Assembly: GCF_000181795.1 (NCBI RefSeq)
Contig: NW_003526948.1
Location: forward strand, 1,868,785-1,928,306
Length of the DNA: 59,522 nt
Source of the DNA: Trichinella spiralis
Lineage: Eukaryota
Direction of reading: 5' to 3'
The position numbers were made by a program, and so were the translations under genes. Below, in pieces: positions 23,301 to 35,869 of this stretch. Position 1 is the stretch's first letter; each line of letters starts with the position of its first letter. The notes under the pieces were generated by a model that did not search any database, had not been told where the DNA came from, and worked only from the letters and a program-made list of their open reading frames with translations.

Positions 23301-26300
23301 TCAACGAAGAAATCCACTGGCGTTTGCAAGAGAAAGATTTACAACTGATCGAAACGTGCCAGTATAAATTGTTGTTGCGCAATTGTACTGTGTTCTTGGG
23401 CTACGCTTCGTTGGTGTTGCTGAATCAAATTCTGTACGTGATACGTTCACTGCGCGACAACGATCTCCATTACAATCGAGTAGTGAACAATTGCACTTGT
23501 TTGTTGATGAGTCATTTGCGGGACAATTCGGCCCTCAGCACTTTGCAGAATAAGTGCCGAGAGCAGAGGAATGGAACGAATTCCAATACTGCATCGACGC
23601 TGTTCTGGGTGAAACGGGCTAAGACGATTCTGTCCGATTTCAGCAAAGCCCGACAAGCGTTTTTGAAACGGTGCGTTTTTCTGCATTTCGAAAAGCCCCT
23701 TTACAAAGTGACCAGGCGTATACGGATCGACGGCAGTGGCGACGTAGTGCGCATCGAACTGCGGCTTTTGTTGACCGAGATGATGGCCGGCGTCGATTTC
23801 CAACGTCTGGACATGGTCCACTCGGGTAACGTGGACGTGGTCGACGGTCAGCTGGGTGGTCGTCGGAACGGTTTTCAATTTTCCATCCACCGGGTGGATT
23901 TGCACTTTTCCGACACAGCGACCACGTCGAGCGGTTTTCGAACCGTCGGTCAGATGGCCGTGGAGCAGAGTGTCGGTTCGTTGAATTTGGCGACAGACGT
24001 CGAGCAGTCGGTCAGTGATTCGAAAATGAAAAACCACCTCGACTTGACCATCGGACCTGTATCGCTCGACGTACCTTTGCATCCGGGCACGTTGCACGGG
24101 GTCGTGATGCGCGGCAAGAAGACGCTCAGCGAGCGCATGCCGATGCTGTTCACGCCGTTGGTGGTCGAAGAAGTGGTGCAGGTGAAAGAGAAAGCTCCAC
24201 TAATGGCACCGTCGAGGCAATTTTTCAAAAAAGCCTCCTGGGCCGAGTTCGAGTTCAGGATTGTCGTTCGCGGCGTGCACGTCGACGCGGCTCTGTTGCC
24301 GTCGCTCAAGGCGACCTACCGCATGGGCGAGGCGATGAGCTTCGGCACTACGGGCGGTTCGGCCGAATTCCACGTCATCGTCCCTAGTCACCAGGTTGTG
24401 TTCGACGTCAAAGCTCTGGCCGGTTCGTCGGCTCAGGTGGTCGCACCGTTCGTGCAGATCGAATTGCCGCCGTTGAACAGCAAAGGTTCCTACATACACG
24501 CGCCTTTGGAACCAGAGCCGCGATTTGGCAACGGGGTCCCGCTGGCCAGGTCGAGTGGGTTCGTCGTACGTCAGGGAAGCTATTTGAAAATCGACACCGA
24601 AATCGGTACCATCCGGCACACGCTGACCACCGACCTGCTGTACCAGTTGTTGTTCATCGAAGAGACGTTCACACGCGAACTGAGCGAAATTGTCCAGAAA
24701 ATTTCCACCGAACGTTCTTCGATCAGTTGGTTTTCTTGGTCGTCCAGTCGCATGATTCTCTATTCGATCACGTTCAATTTGCGCTCAGTTTGTATCATGG
24801 CGACCACACCGACCGCCATTGCCGTCCGGATGATGATCGAACAGTTCAGCTTGCATTTCAGCAACCGACTGCTCCATCGAAATCGCGCCGACACGTTGGA
24901 CAAAGTCCAGTGGATAGCCGAATGCGACTTGCACGTCGCATTGGGCCAGCTCACGGTGGGCGATCAGTTCGACGAGCTCGCTTTTCAGCAGGTCGCTTAT
25001 TTGAAGACTGGCCTCACTTTGCAGAATATCGTCTCGAAAACCGACTCGACGGACAGCGGCAATTCAGACCGTGCCAACGAAGAACAACAGACCGACCAGG
25101 CGAGCAGTTATCAGGTGACCCTGCGTCAGCCGGTTCTCTACATCCAGCCGAGGGCTTTGGATAAGGCGGTGTTGTTGTGGATCAATTACAAGTCGACGTA
25201 CCAATTTTGGAATGAACAGCACCGCTGTTGCTACGACGACCGTCTTCGAGGCAACAACGGTGCTGCGGAACAACAGTCGGCGACCGTTTTCGACACGTTT
25301 TCAAATCCCGCTTCCGTTTCCAGCTGTCGAGGGGCGGGGCCTTCGGCAACTTCCGGCTCAGGCAGGTTCGGTTCGTCTGGTTTCAAATTTTTGACTTTCA
25401 ACCTCGATCAAGGCATGCACATCTGCGTGCCTTGTTATGGTTCGGGCGCTGGTGGCGTGTGGAGTGTGGAGCACGGCGAGCTGGCGTTGGTGTTCAGTTT
25501 GTCCAGTACTCAGATTTCCGTTTGCAGCTATGGGCCGTTGGTCAGTCGTGGAACGTTTTCTGGATTCAGGGTGTTTTTCTTGGAAACGAACCGTTGTGAT
25601 CCGAACGGTTGGCTCGACGAGGTGAAGCAAGTTGGCGATTTGTCACGGTTGAATGCCTGCGTGGTCACCGAAGGCACTTACGACATCTGTTCAGAGACCA
25701 TGTCCAGCAACGAGAGTCGTTCTCTCGCTCCGCTGTGGGTGTTGAACATCACCTGGAACATCGACGGTTTGGAGATGTTTTTCAATACGAAAATTTTGCA
25801 TTTCTGTTCAGTGTTGGTATCGACGTTGACTTCGTTGGCGGCTGATCTGCCCGATTCTCAGGCACCGGACGATCCACTACCGACCACTGACTCGATGGCG
25901 GATCTGCTGCGGGACGGTACCCCTGCAGGGGTTGGTGATCGTAGTCGACTGATCGAACGTCGCCTAGCTGAACAGTCACAAGTGCTGACAGAACTGACCT
26001 CAACTGGCGCTAGTCAGTGGCAGTTGGATCATGAACGTCGCAAATTGCAGCATCTCGAAACGGTAATGTACAGCGAGCTGCGACGTGATCTGATTGAACG
26101 TCTGAAATTGCAAAGTCAAAAATTGTCCACCTCTGCGGCAAACAAATCCGCATCGACCCAGCATCAGCAGACATTGTTAGCATCATTAGCAACATCACAA
26201 CGTCCTTCAGCAACCATCAGTGGCGGCACTGTTTTGAACAACATGAATCAACGACACAGCAGCAGACGTGCTTCTTCCTCGTCCACGTTTTCATCGCCTT

Positions 26301-27764
26301 CTTATACTACTAACAGCAATAAGTACAATAATAATGTTGATGATGATGATGATGATAATCAAGATCCAATTTGCAGCAGTAAACGGCAAAGCTTGGACAG
26401 TGACTTGGCAGCGTACAACATTTTGGGCCAGAGTCACAGATTGCCATACATTGCGGAAAATGTCACTGCTTCGTCGTCAATGGCTGTTGTCGATTCGTTG
26501 CATCAGTCAGAAACAGTTGATTTTCAACTTGATTTGAAAGTTTGGCTTTGATTATTTTTAAAAGTTTATATTAATTTGCATGTAGCGATGATTTATTTAT
26601 TTTTATTAGATCCATGTGCAAAATTGTCGATGCAAGTTCAGATTGCCGGACAATGATGGTGAAGATGATCAAGGTTCGCATTCATCGCCGAGTCGTGGCA
26701 GTGGTTTGAGCTCAGAGGCTCAGAAGAAGAAATCATCTTCACGTTTGAAGCATCATTCAGCCGACAACGACGGGCGATTTTTAGCAATTATCTTGCCTGG
26801 ACTGTTGGTTCAAGCCTGCTATCGTTCTAGACGTACGCTCGACTCGACCACCAGTGCGACAAAATTGAACAGAGATCATCAGCAGGCGGAACTGTGCATG
26901 TGGATTTCGTTGGAAAGCATGCCCGACGAAACTGTACTTTCTCCGCATGCTTTGGGTATGTGAACTGTCAGCTGACATTAATTATTACCGTTACTTATTT
27001 ATTAGTAGTGTACCTGATTTGTAAATTTGTAGATTTTATCGAAAAAGCCTTGCAAGTGCATACAGCAAAGCAGATTAGAAATTGTCATCGGCAGCAGCAT
27101 AAGCAATCAGCGACCGCACAGGTCGATCCGGTCAACTTGGCCAACCGTAGTTCTACAGCCGACATGGAACAGTTGGCTTTGCGAGCTGCCAGCGTGGCGG
27201 TGGAGTCGTTTCCAATTCAAGTTTATCTATGCATAAGTGTGCAGTCGTCGTCGATTCGTCTGGTCAGTGACCAGTGGTCGATGGTGGAGTGCGTGATGAA
27301 GTTGCCTGAACTCCAGCTAGTGTTCACTTACGGCAAGGAGGTGCCGGCAGAAAATGAGTCGAGCAGTCAGCAGCCAGACTTGTTGATCCATTCCGGCTTG
27401 GCTATTGTCACGTTGACTTTGTCAGAATTTTCACTGTACGTTTTTCATCGTTACTCCAAGCACGTGCGTGACGGTGGTGACGGGACTGAAAGTCGTGATG
27501 CGTTTTGCGTTCAAGTGAAATCAGTAAGCGTGAACACGTCCCGTGGACGCAAATCCCCTAGTGCGATAGGCTTTGGCGACGGTGGCACCAACGATACCGC
27601 TGCTGACGATCAGAGTCCGGTGTATTTTTCACTGATTGTCAGTATCAGCGAAGCGAAGTTGCGTTATGACATGCGTCGGTTGCAGGATGTGTTGTCTTTT
27701 CCGAGAGCTTGGTACAGACGAACAATATTACGACGAATCATACTTGGTGATTCTCAGCAGCAGC

Positions 27765-27795
<31 letters not shown>

Positions 27796-29523
27796 TCATC
27801 ATCATCAGTTCAACATCGTGACAACGGTAGCGTCGTCGTCCAGCAGCGGCAAGTGCCTGAAACCGAAATTTTCAAGATGCTGCAGTGACAGTGCTTTAGT
27901 TGTTGCCTCCAATAGAAGTAATGTCAGTGGACTGTCGTCTGGTCGTGGACGTGCCTACTCGATGGACAGGTTTCCGTCGCAGTTGATAGGTGGAGAAGAT
28001 GAATTGAGCCGACGCGGCAGTAATGACGTTGAGCCGGCTGAACGACAGTCCATGCCAGGGTCCAGTTGGCGTGCGCTGCTTGGAGTTACTGCACAAGTGA
28101 AGAATATTTGTATTGAAGCGATGGCCGGTCAGGTGATGGGTCATTTGACGTGCAAGTTGGACGACGCGTTGTTGTCGGCAAAGATGGACATGAACGGCGC
28201 CGGTGAGAAAAGCGCGTCAGCTAATTGCTCAGTGGAGAGAGCGGTTATTGACGCTCGTGGCGGCTTCATCAGCGGTACGCTGACCATCGACAGACCGCGG
28301 TTGTTCAGTCTGGTGGTGATCAAGCAGTCTCTGGACCAGAATACGGTTCATCAGTTGCGAATCAGTATGGAACAGTTTCAGGCGCGGATCGACTGGATGA
28401 GTGAAAACGTATTCATGTTCAACTTGGTAGAAGTATCGTTGTCGTTGTTGGATCAGTGGAACCTGTTTGGTGAAGCAGAGCCGACAGCAACAACTTCTGG
28501 TGAAGATTTGCCGACCAACAACGCACTTACCGTACGCTATCAGTTACACTGGCGTGCTATTGAACTGATCATCAATCGCAGCACGCTGTACAACTTGAAC
28601 GTCATTGTGCAACGTTTGCGTCAATTTTTCCGCCAGCAGTTTCGCAGTGGACGGATGATATTATTTGAAGATTTGGACGAGCCGGACGATGAATCACAGT
28701 CACAGTCAGTCCCCAATCCCTGTTGTGGAATTAAATTCACTTTCAATGGCAATTGTTGGCAAAAGCCGATGGAATTGCTCACGCGAATGAAATTTCTGTC
28801 CAACAGATGGTCTTTGAAACTGTGTCGTATTGACAGGCCTCTTCGGCTTGGTTCAGCAGTACAAGTTCGGGGTGGATTGTTCACGTTGAGCTGTTTTCAC
28901 GGTGGTCGACTGACTGACTCAAGCCAGTGGGCGTTGTTTCATATGCGTGAACTGAGAATGGACTTTGTCAATAGTATTGAAGATCGGATCGATGAAAACG
29001 GAAAACTTTGCACGTCCGTGGATGAACTGTTACAACTAGAATTAGGAGATCCTGACAATGACATCTTCAACACTGCTTCGGCATGCGGAACACAGAATAC
29101 TTTTGCCAAATCAACATCACAGCCAAATAATGTGAAAGCTGAAGAAAGATCAAAAAAAGTTAAGAAATTGATGAAATCGACGGTGAAAGGGTTAATTCTG
29201 CGAGTGCAGCGTAAAGTGAACGCACCAACACAGCTTAGTGCAGTCGATGATTGGTTGTGTTTCTCGTGTCGAGAGCCGGTTTCTTTGTATAATTTGGGTG
29301 ATCAAAGTGAATCTGCCGACGCACTGCTGAAAAGATTTACCGACGGCATCAACGGCGACGTTACGGCCAATAGTACCGCAGCAAAAATGAAAGTAACACT
29401 AACCAACAGCACACCCAAAGTTCCCACTGATATATGCCCTGTAACAATACTTACCTCTTCGAACACTGGTATTGTTACTTCTATTTCCACGATTCCTGCA
29501 ACAACAACAACCGCAACAAGTCG

Positions 29524-29573
<50 letters not shown>

Positions 29574-30268
29574 ATAGTAAATATAATAAATCTTCTGCTA
29601 CTGCAGCAGCAGCTGCTGTTGCCACTGTCGTCGCTGGAAAGAATAACCATGGTAGTGCTAATATTAACAGTAGTAGTAGTAGTATAAACAACGCAAGGAG
29701 AGACAGTTGGATCATAAAGATTCCTGGCTTGAAAATGAATTTGAATATGCGTCACCAGTATACAGTAGACGATGATGACTGCGACGATCTTCATTTGGAA
29801 ATATCTGGTGAACAACCAGCAGCAGTTTGTTGTTGTTCACTGTCTTGCAGATTTAAAGACAATTTAATTCTCACTCATGAATTGGAATGTTTGAATTTTT
29901 TGCGTGAACTTTTACTTTCGAATATGCTCTACACAAATGTGGAATCATCATCCTCTTCGAAGGCTTCTTGCGTCAATGTAGCGACTGGATCATCTGCGGC
30001 ACGTGGAGGCAAAGCAGGATCAGTTGGCGGCCAAGAAATGATGCGTAAATTGAACGCAGATCGACGCAAGTACGTTGTTCAGCAGTGGTATTTCAGACCG
30101 AATGTTGAGCTCATGGGCACGACCATGAATCCAGATTTGGTAATGACCTTACTTGGAATCAACAAACCCAGCGAGACTATACCGAAGTGGTTGCAAAGAT
30201 ATCTGATCGATTCTATCGATTCAGTATCCGCGAAAATAATGGAGCATTTGTTGGAAATGAATCTCTGA
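17324..30268 (+). CDS. BLTP1: Bridge-like lipid transfer protein 1 (KIAA1109/Tweek/lpd-3/Csf1 family), about 4048 aa
   Basis: Exons 17324-17357 (or an unspliced start at 17409), 17458-17985, 18048-18580, 18956-21169, 21219-22007, 22073-26539, 26610-26955, 27033-30268, all phase-compatible GT-AG. N-terminal TM plus family motifs YLMFYNCRLLGYVVT..IGSISFSALTARIMFRD..DGLVQFRYW, YGPWADRQRSRLYKFFFP, NLKDNYFG, YDMRRLQDVLSFPRAWYRR and C-terminal TIPKWLQRYLID. Confidence 0.95.
27755..27808 (+). repeat. CAG/CAA/CAT repeat encoding poly-Q/poly-H in BLTP1
   Basis: In-frame QQQQQQQQQQQQQHHHHQ. Confidence 0.9.
29524..29572 (+). repeat. (ACT)n repeat encoding poly-Thr in BLTP1
   Basis: Pure in-frame ACT run. 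Confidence 0.9.
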
Positions 30269-30953
30269 TAACGGCAAGTTTTAAGCAAAAGCAAACTACT
30301 AGCTAGTTCAATCACTCGAATAGTTTATAATAAATTGATGGAATTTACAATGACGCCAAGTGCAAATGTGCTGCAAATAAACAAAAATATATATTGTCCA
30401 TTTTGTGATAACACTAGAATAGAAGTGAAAACTTTAATCATACGGAATGAATGAGCCGAAGACGCTAAAATAGTATAAAAGCCGTTGAAATTCTTCACCA
30501 TTTTTTTGACGGCTTAATTATCTTTTTTTCCTGTTATTCTACAATCAGCACACTGTGTGTGTGTGTGTGTGCGCGTGTGTGTGTTATGGGAAAATAAACT
30601 TTTCACTTTATTTGATAATTTGAGATTTGATGATATTTCAGGGAATTTCTACTCATCGCAGAATAGTGACTTTTTCCAAAAATTACATTCATTCTTTTCA
30701 GAATTATTCATGATGCGTTTCTACCTGCACGCTGACAGTTGCTGTTACAATGCAGAACGGTGTAAACACTCAGGACACCTAATCTGAATCTTTTTCCACT
30801 TGCGCCTACTCACTTGAGTGTGAGTATTACAGCCAGAGGACTGTCACAGGTAAACTGAAATATTATTATTGGTTTTACTCATATTTGTCGTAATATGTAT
30901 TGAACTTAATTTTCCATGAGAAATGCCAACAACTCAACTTAATCAATAATGCA

Positions 30954-32741
30954 TTATAATCTACGACGTCTTCGAGTAGCAATGTAATGATTATCTTGAA
31001 TACCAAACATAGCGAAAATGGCGTCCATTGCAGAATCTTCATCCTGCTGTAGCTGCGCCATATCTTCACACATCTATAACAAATGCAAACTTCACAAGTT
31101 GAAGAAGTAAATTTCTTAAAAAATGATAATTGAACAAATCAGCATTGGAACAATTATTCATTCCATAAGGAAGTGGTTCTCAGACTTTCTGGGCTGCGAC
31201 CCCATTTTGAAAACGGTAATTTTTCACGATCCACCTGCCTACGATGCATATTTTAAAAGGCAAGAGGGGTTAAATAAAAAATATTAGTTTAATATTTTAA
31301 ATTTTTTAATGAACAAGCCTAATTAAAATGTATAAGTTTATTTGTCGAATGCATAATGAGGTGTATGCGAACAGGGAGCCTGTTTTCTGTTTTGACTGAT
31401 GACTTCTTCGACGTCCACATTAACATGTGTTAGTTGTAGTCGCAAGATGTTCCATAATTGTAGCTTATATCTAAACAATTTGCTTCTAATTCCATTCATT
31501 GCTGAAGGGAAAAATCCAATTTCACACAAGTAGGAAGTAGTAAAAGAAAAAAGCAGCACTTTTAATCATTCGCAGGTCAAGTGGGGTACATTTTGTACTC
31601 AGCGCTGTTTTTTGCAAATATCTCTGCCGCACTGCATAGTTTTGGGCCATATTTTTCTACAGCTGAATTTTATCCAATTCTACGTGATATACATTTTTTG
31701 CAAGCGAAAATAATAAGTAGATCAGGAATTATAGCGGATGAATCGCATGTCCAGCACCGAATCAACACTATCACAAATCTACCATACAAAATGTCCCGAG
31801 TGCTGCACGAACATTTGGAATCACCCGTGAACAGCTCAGAGGGAATCTTCAATGGGAAGAAAGCCTAGTATATGTAGCATCTGCCCAAGAAAAAATTACC
31901 AGAAGTGGTATCTACCTGCTGAAAGTGGGTATGTAGACAGCATACAATTGGGGAAACATTGCATAGATGCACTCTCCCAACAAAAATAAGGACTACTTCC
32001 GTACTTTAATATCTTACGCGAACCACACTTTGAGAACCACTGCCGTAAGGAATAGCTTACTGTAGCATGCTGTTTGCAAATAGAGAGTGTTTTCGAATTT
32101 TATGAATCAGCTAATTTTAACGAAATAAACAATTTTAGAAAATTCTAAATACCATAGTAATTTCAGTCGTTATCATCATATAGTGCTCCAAGCTCATTCG
32201 GGGGTATTGTTCTATAAGTACCACAGACAGATCAGTCGCCCATCTCATCAGTTCTAAAAGTTGTATAGTTATTGAACATCGAAATCGACACATTCCAAGT
32301 TTACGGAATGCATAATCTAGATCAAAATAAGTGATATGAAATGTAATGTCGAAAATAAAATAACAAATTCACTTAAACTGATATAAGTTTTCAGACAACA
32401 GACAAAGCAAAAATGTTTAAACAGTGCATAGTAAAATGTGAAATATGTTACTGATAATGCGTTGTTAATATTTATTTTATTCATTGAATTTTTATCAGAA
32501 TATTATTTCAAAAATATGCATAAAAAATCAAATTCTAGAAATTGAAACGGATTACGCTTACGATCAATCATGGCCACTATTGCCTCGCGTCGTTGGTTTA
32601 AAATATCAAATTCTTCAAAGGTGTCCATCGCTAAAAACAGAATAATTCAATGAAATATGCAATGAATTAAATGAATGAAGATGCATGCACATGATAGCAC
32701 CAATTACGTCCATGACAACGTTTTATAAACGCGTATTTCAT
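30954..32741 (-). CDS. Orphan small protein, 5 exons, 111 aa (not in the ORF track)
   Basis: Exons 32708-32741, 32562-32630, 32305-32316 (12 nt), 32153-32253, 30954-31073; all introns GT-AG, phases 1,1,1,0 consistent, total 336 nt. Product: MKYAFIKRCHGPMDTFEEFDILNQRREAIVAMIDHYAFQLMRWATDLSVVLIEQYPRMSLEHYMMITTEITMMCEDMAQLQQDEDSAMDAIFAMFGIQDNHYIATRRRRRL*. Confidence 0.7.
31171..32042 (-). mobile_element. Non-autonomous, internally deleted hAT (Buster/Charlie-type) DNA transposon, 872 bp
   Basis: TIRs aAGTGGTTCTCAgA (31171-) and TTTGAGAACCACTG (-32042); 8-bp TSD ccataagg (31163-31170) / ccgtaagg (32043-32050), 7/8 identical with central TA; internal transposase C-terminal remnant VLLFSFTTSYLCEIGF..SAMNGIRSK..LRLQL..KQAPCSH (31338-31559, -). 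Confidence 0.92.
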
Positions 32742-33289
32742 TCAAAACAGTCTCGTTTTTTGAAAGACAAAAGCCATACAGATCACTAAGCATCACATTC
32801 ATTTCATGTATTTAATTCGTGACATTCATGTATATACATCCTGCGTCTTGATTTTTACAATAATCACCTATTTTATGATATCAATAAAACCAATAAAATG
32901 ACAATACACAAGTTTGTATACAGGATCTTCAAGATAAATAATAAAATTGATTGTATATTTCCTGTTAGACAAATATCATAATGAAAATAATAATGTTAAA
33001 TGTAAATTTAAGTTATTCTACATTAAAAAAATAAAAACATTACCTTTCCACACGTGTGCAAAATTGAATAGTAAAGTACAGTATGAAATTACTAAAAATC
33101 AAGCAGAAAATATATAGGCCGTGAAGGTAAGATTTTTTATATGTTCTTGTAAATTGTTAATTTTTACATTGTTCAGGAGCAGAATCTTTATCTTGCCTCT
33201 TATTATTATTATTATTATTATCATGTCATACTATGTACATGAAATTTACCATTATCATCGATTAGGATCAAATAAGAAATGCAGGGTAC

Positions 33290-33710
33290 ACCGATTTCGC
33301 CCGCTCCCATTTTCCCCCACTCCGCCCCTTTGTATGATTGGTTGTTTGCTCACAGTTTTTTACAGCATTTGATCGGTAATTGGCGATTAACTTATGCTAT
33401 TTTATTAATTATTCAATTTTGATCAAAAATTCCACATCAGAAGTTAAATTTAGCGTTTAGCGTATTTAGCGGGCAAAATCGCAGTAAACCAAGAAAAGCT
33501 ACTCCTACATATTCACAGAAAACTGAGCCGCTTTCTGATTGGTCAATTATTATTGGTCCTCATGATCTTCCTTGTAGTTGGCATTCTATCGGCATTGGCA
33601 TTGGCAGTCTATCGTCGTGGCTCTCTCAGTCTGTGCGGCATTCAGTTGTTCTTCCTTTTACACTGCTGCTGCTGCTGCTGCTGATTAGTGATTGTTACAT
33701 TTCCCGCTCT
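33290..33710. promoter_or_regulatory. Putative bidirectional promoter between the orphan gene and CABIN1 (CCAAT cluster, GC box, E2F-like site)
   Basis: Six ATTGG pentamers (33337, 33379, 33538, 33552, 33594, 33600), TCCGCCCC at 33321-33328, TTTCCCGC at 33700-33707, Inr-like TCAGT near 33626 and 33642; locally GC-richer. Confidence 0.6.
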
Positions 33711-35869
33711 CGCATAATATTTTAAATATTATGTAATTGTTTTTTATTTTATTTCTTAAAATGTTTTCCATTTGTTATGAATGCTTCGAAATAATACTAT
33801 AATATAAAAGAATTTTTTATTTTCTATAGGCTGTGAAGGTTTAAATGTAACTTAAATGTAATTCAACATTTATCACTGTTATTCTTTAGGTAAATAATGA
33901 TTTCATTTTAAACATCTGTGTGTATCCGTATTAATAAGAAATTAAACTTTTGCCAAGAAGTAAATAGTGCATTAGTTGCACTGCAGAGACATTTTACTTT
34001 TTTATTTTTACGCATTTATCTAATGCACAAAAGAGATTTCATCAGTTATAATTTTTTCTCATTAAAATATCTGAATAAAATTTGAAAAACAACATCAACT
34101 ACATCTGAAAAACATAATTGAACCATATTTTTTTTACATTTATTACCTTTTTATTGTAGATTTGAAACAGTTAATCACAATGAACAGACAGTTGACGTTA
34201 AATAATTTTTTGTTTAGGTTTAATTATTCATCACAAACAAAACATTTCTGTTTTTGTTGCTTTGAACCTGCACTTAATATTCCTTCAGTGTGTCTGCCAT
34301 TTCAGAGCATGAGCAAAATGAACTTTAATTCAGCAAAAAGCATTAAGAAAATTTAAAATAGTTGGAAATTCAACAAAATACTGAATTACTGACAAGTGAG
34401 CGCCGCACAAACAGCAGAATGTGGACGAAACAAGAAGGCGTTATCAATCAAATTTCGTCTCAGGCCCATGTATTCTTTTCTTTTCTCTATCAATTTCATT
34501 TTGTATTGTAATTGATTTAATCTTTGTTTTAATTTTACTTTATCCCAATTACCAGTTTCTGTCATTATAAGCTGCCGATTTTATATGAAAAATGAACCAA
34601 TAATCATACAGTTCATGGGCGCATTAAACAACTTACACAAATAGTCTGTAATTGTCAAGAGTTGTTCATTGGTCAGTTTTGATCAGTTAATTCTGTGGGG
34701 CTATTGTCTTGATTTCATTTTTTATCTTTACCGTTTTCAAGCATTGTTTCTGACTAAAAATATTATTTTTTAAGTGAAAGGAGATGGCTTTAAACTTACC
34801 TCGAATATATAATTTTACGTTCATGCTAAACAACATTTCAATGAAACTTCTATGCAATGCCACAATAATAAATTCAATTCAGCACGTAATTCATCTTTCT
34901 GATGAAATATTGTCACTCTGATGTGATGAAAAGACAATGTTTTTAACATGAACTATTTAGCTTCTCCTAATTGTGGTCTTTGAATACTTCTGTTGTGTTA
35001 TCAGTCATTTCTATAGTAGTGTTGATGATATTTTGTTAATTTCTGGATGGCTAAATGCTTTTTTTCATTTTTTGACAAAAATTATTCTTGTATGTTTCAT
35101 ATTTTTTAACAATTTTTTAACCGAAGCAAAAAATTTCACACATGCTTAAACGAGACGTCTGAGCAGTCAGTCAATCACCTTCTTCCCAATCAAACAAAAT
35201 TATTCTAAACACAAAACAGAATGAATCAGTGAAGTGATCTTTTGCATATAATGGAGCAGTACTCATTTTTAATATTAATAGATTTATCATGATCGTGATA
35301 GAAATATTTATTACAGTATGCATTACAGTAATATGTATGCATGTAGGGTACGGCAGATTTGATAACTTTCTTGATATGAAACCGAAAAAATTGTTATTCA
35401 AACATTATTATGTAACTCTTGTTTTTTAGAATACTTTTTAATAAAAATCTATAAATTTTGTTTTTCAAAACACTGTTAAAAATTTATTGGAGAATTGGTT
35501 GATATCTTTTTGCAGCCGTTATTATCATCAAATAATTTTATGTTAATTATAAATATATGCATCAATTACATAATTATTCTTATAAAATCTGAATAAACTT
35601 TAGATGTTTTTTTATTACAAAATTAAATCTTTATTATCTACAGTTGCGTTGGACAGTACCTACTTTCGTACTATTGACTCTATTAATCTCTGTTGTCGTC
35701 TTTGCTTTTATTTTCTATATAGAATATATATGTTTTAATGATTCCAGCTTTATATGGTATATATGCATTTATTTTTATTTTTTATATACGATATATTTTG
35801 ATCTAATATATATTACTTTCTATAGATTTTTTGGAATAATTTCTTCATATTTTTTAACAGGCTGCTACA

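Noticed and set aside
19276..30315. Numerous overlapping and antisense ORFs of 60-216 aa inside BLTP1 (similarly inside ARID2 and CABIN1)
   Set aside because: Shadow ORFs expected in GC-rich coding sequence; no recognisable motifs.
30805..30825. Small hairpin tactcac-ttgagt-gtgagta (possible Helitron 3' end)
   Set aside because: Only a 7-bp stem and no CTRR terminus at the expected distance.
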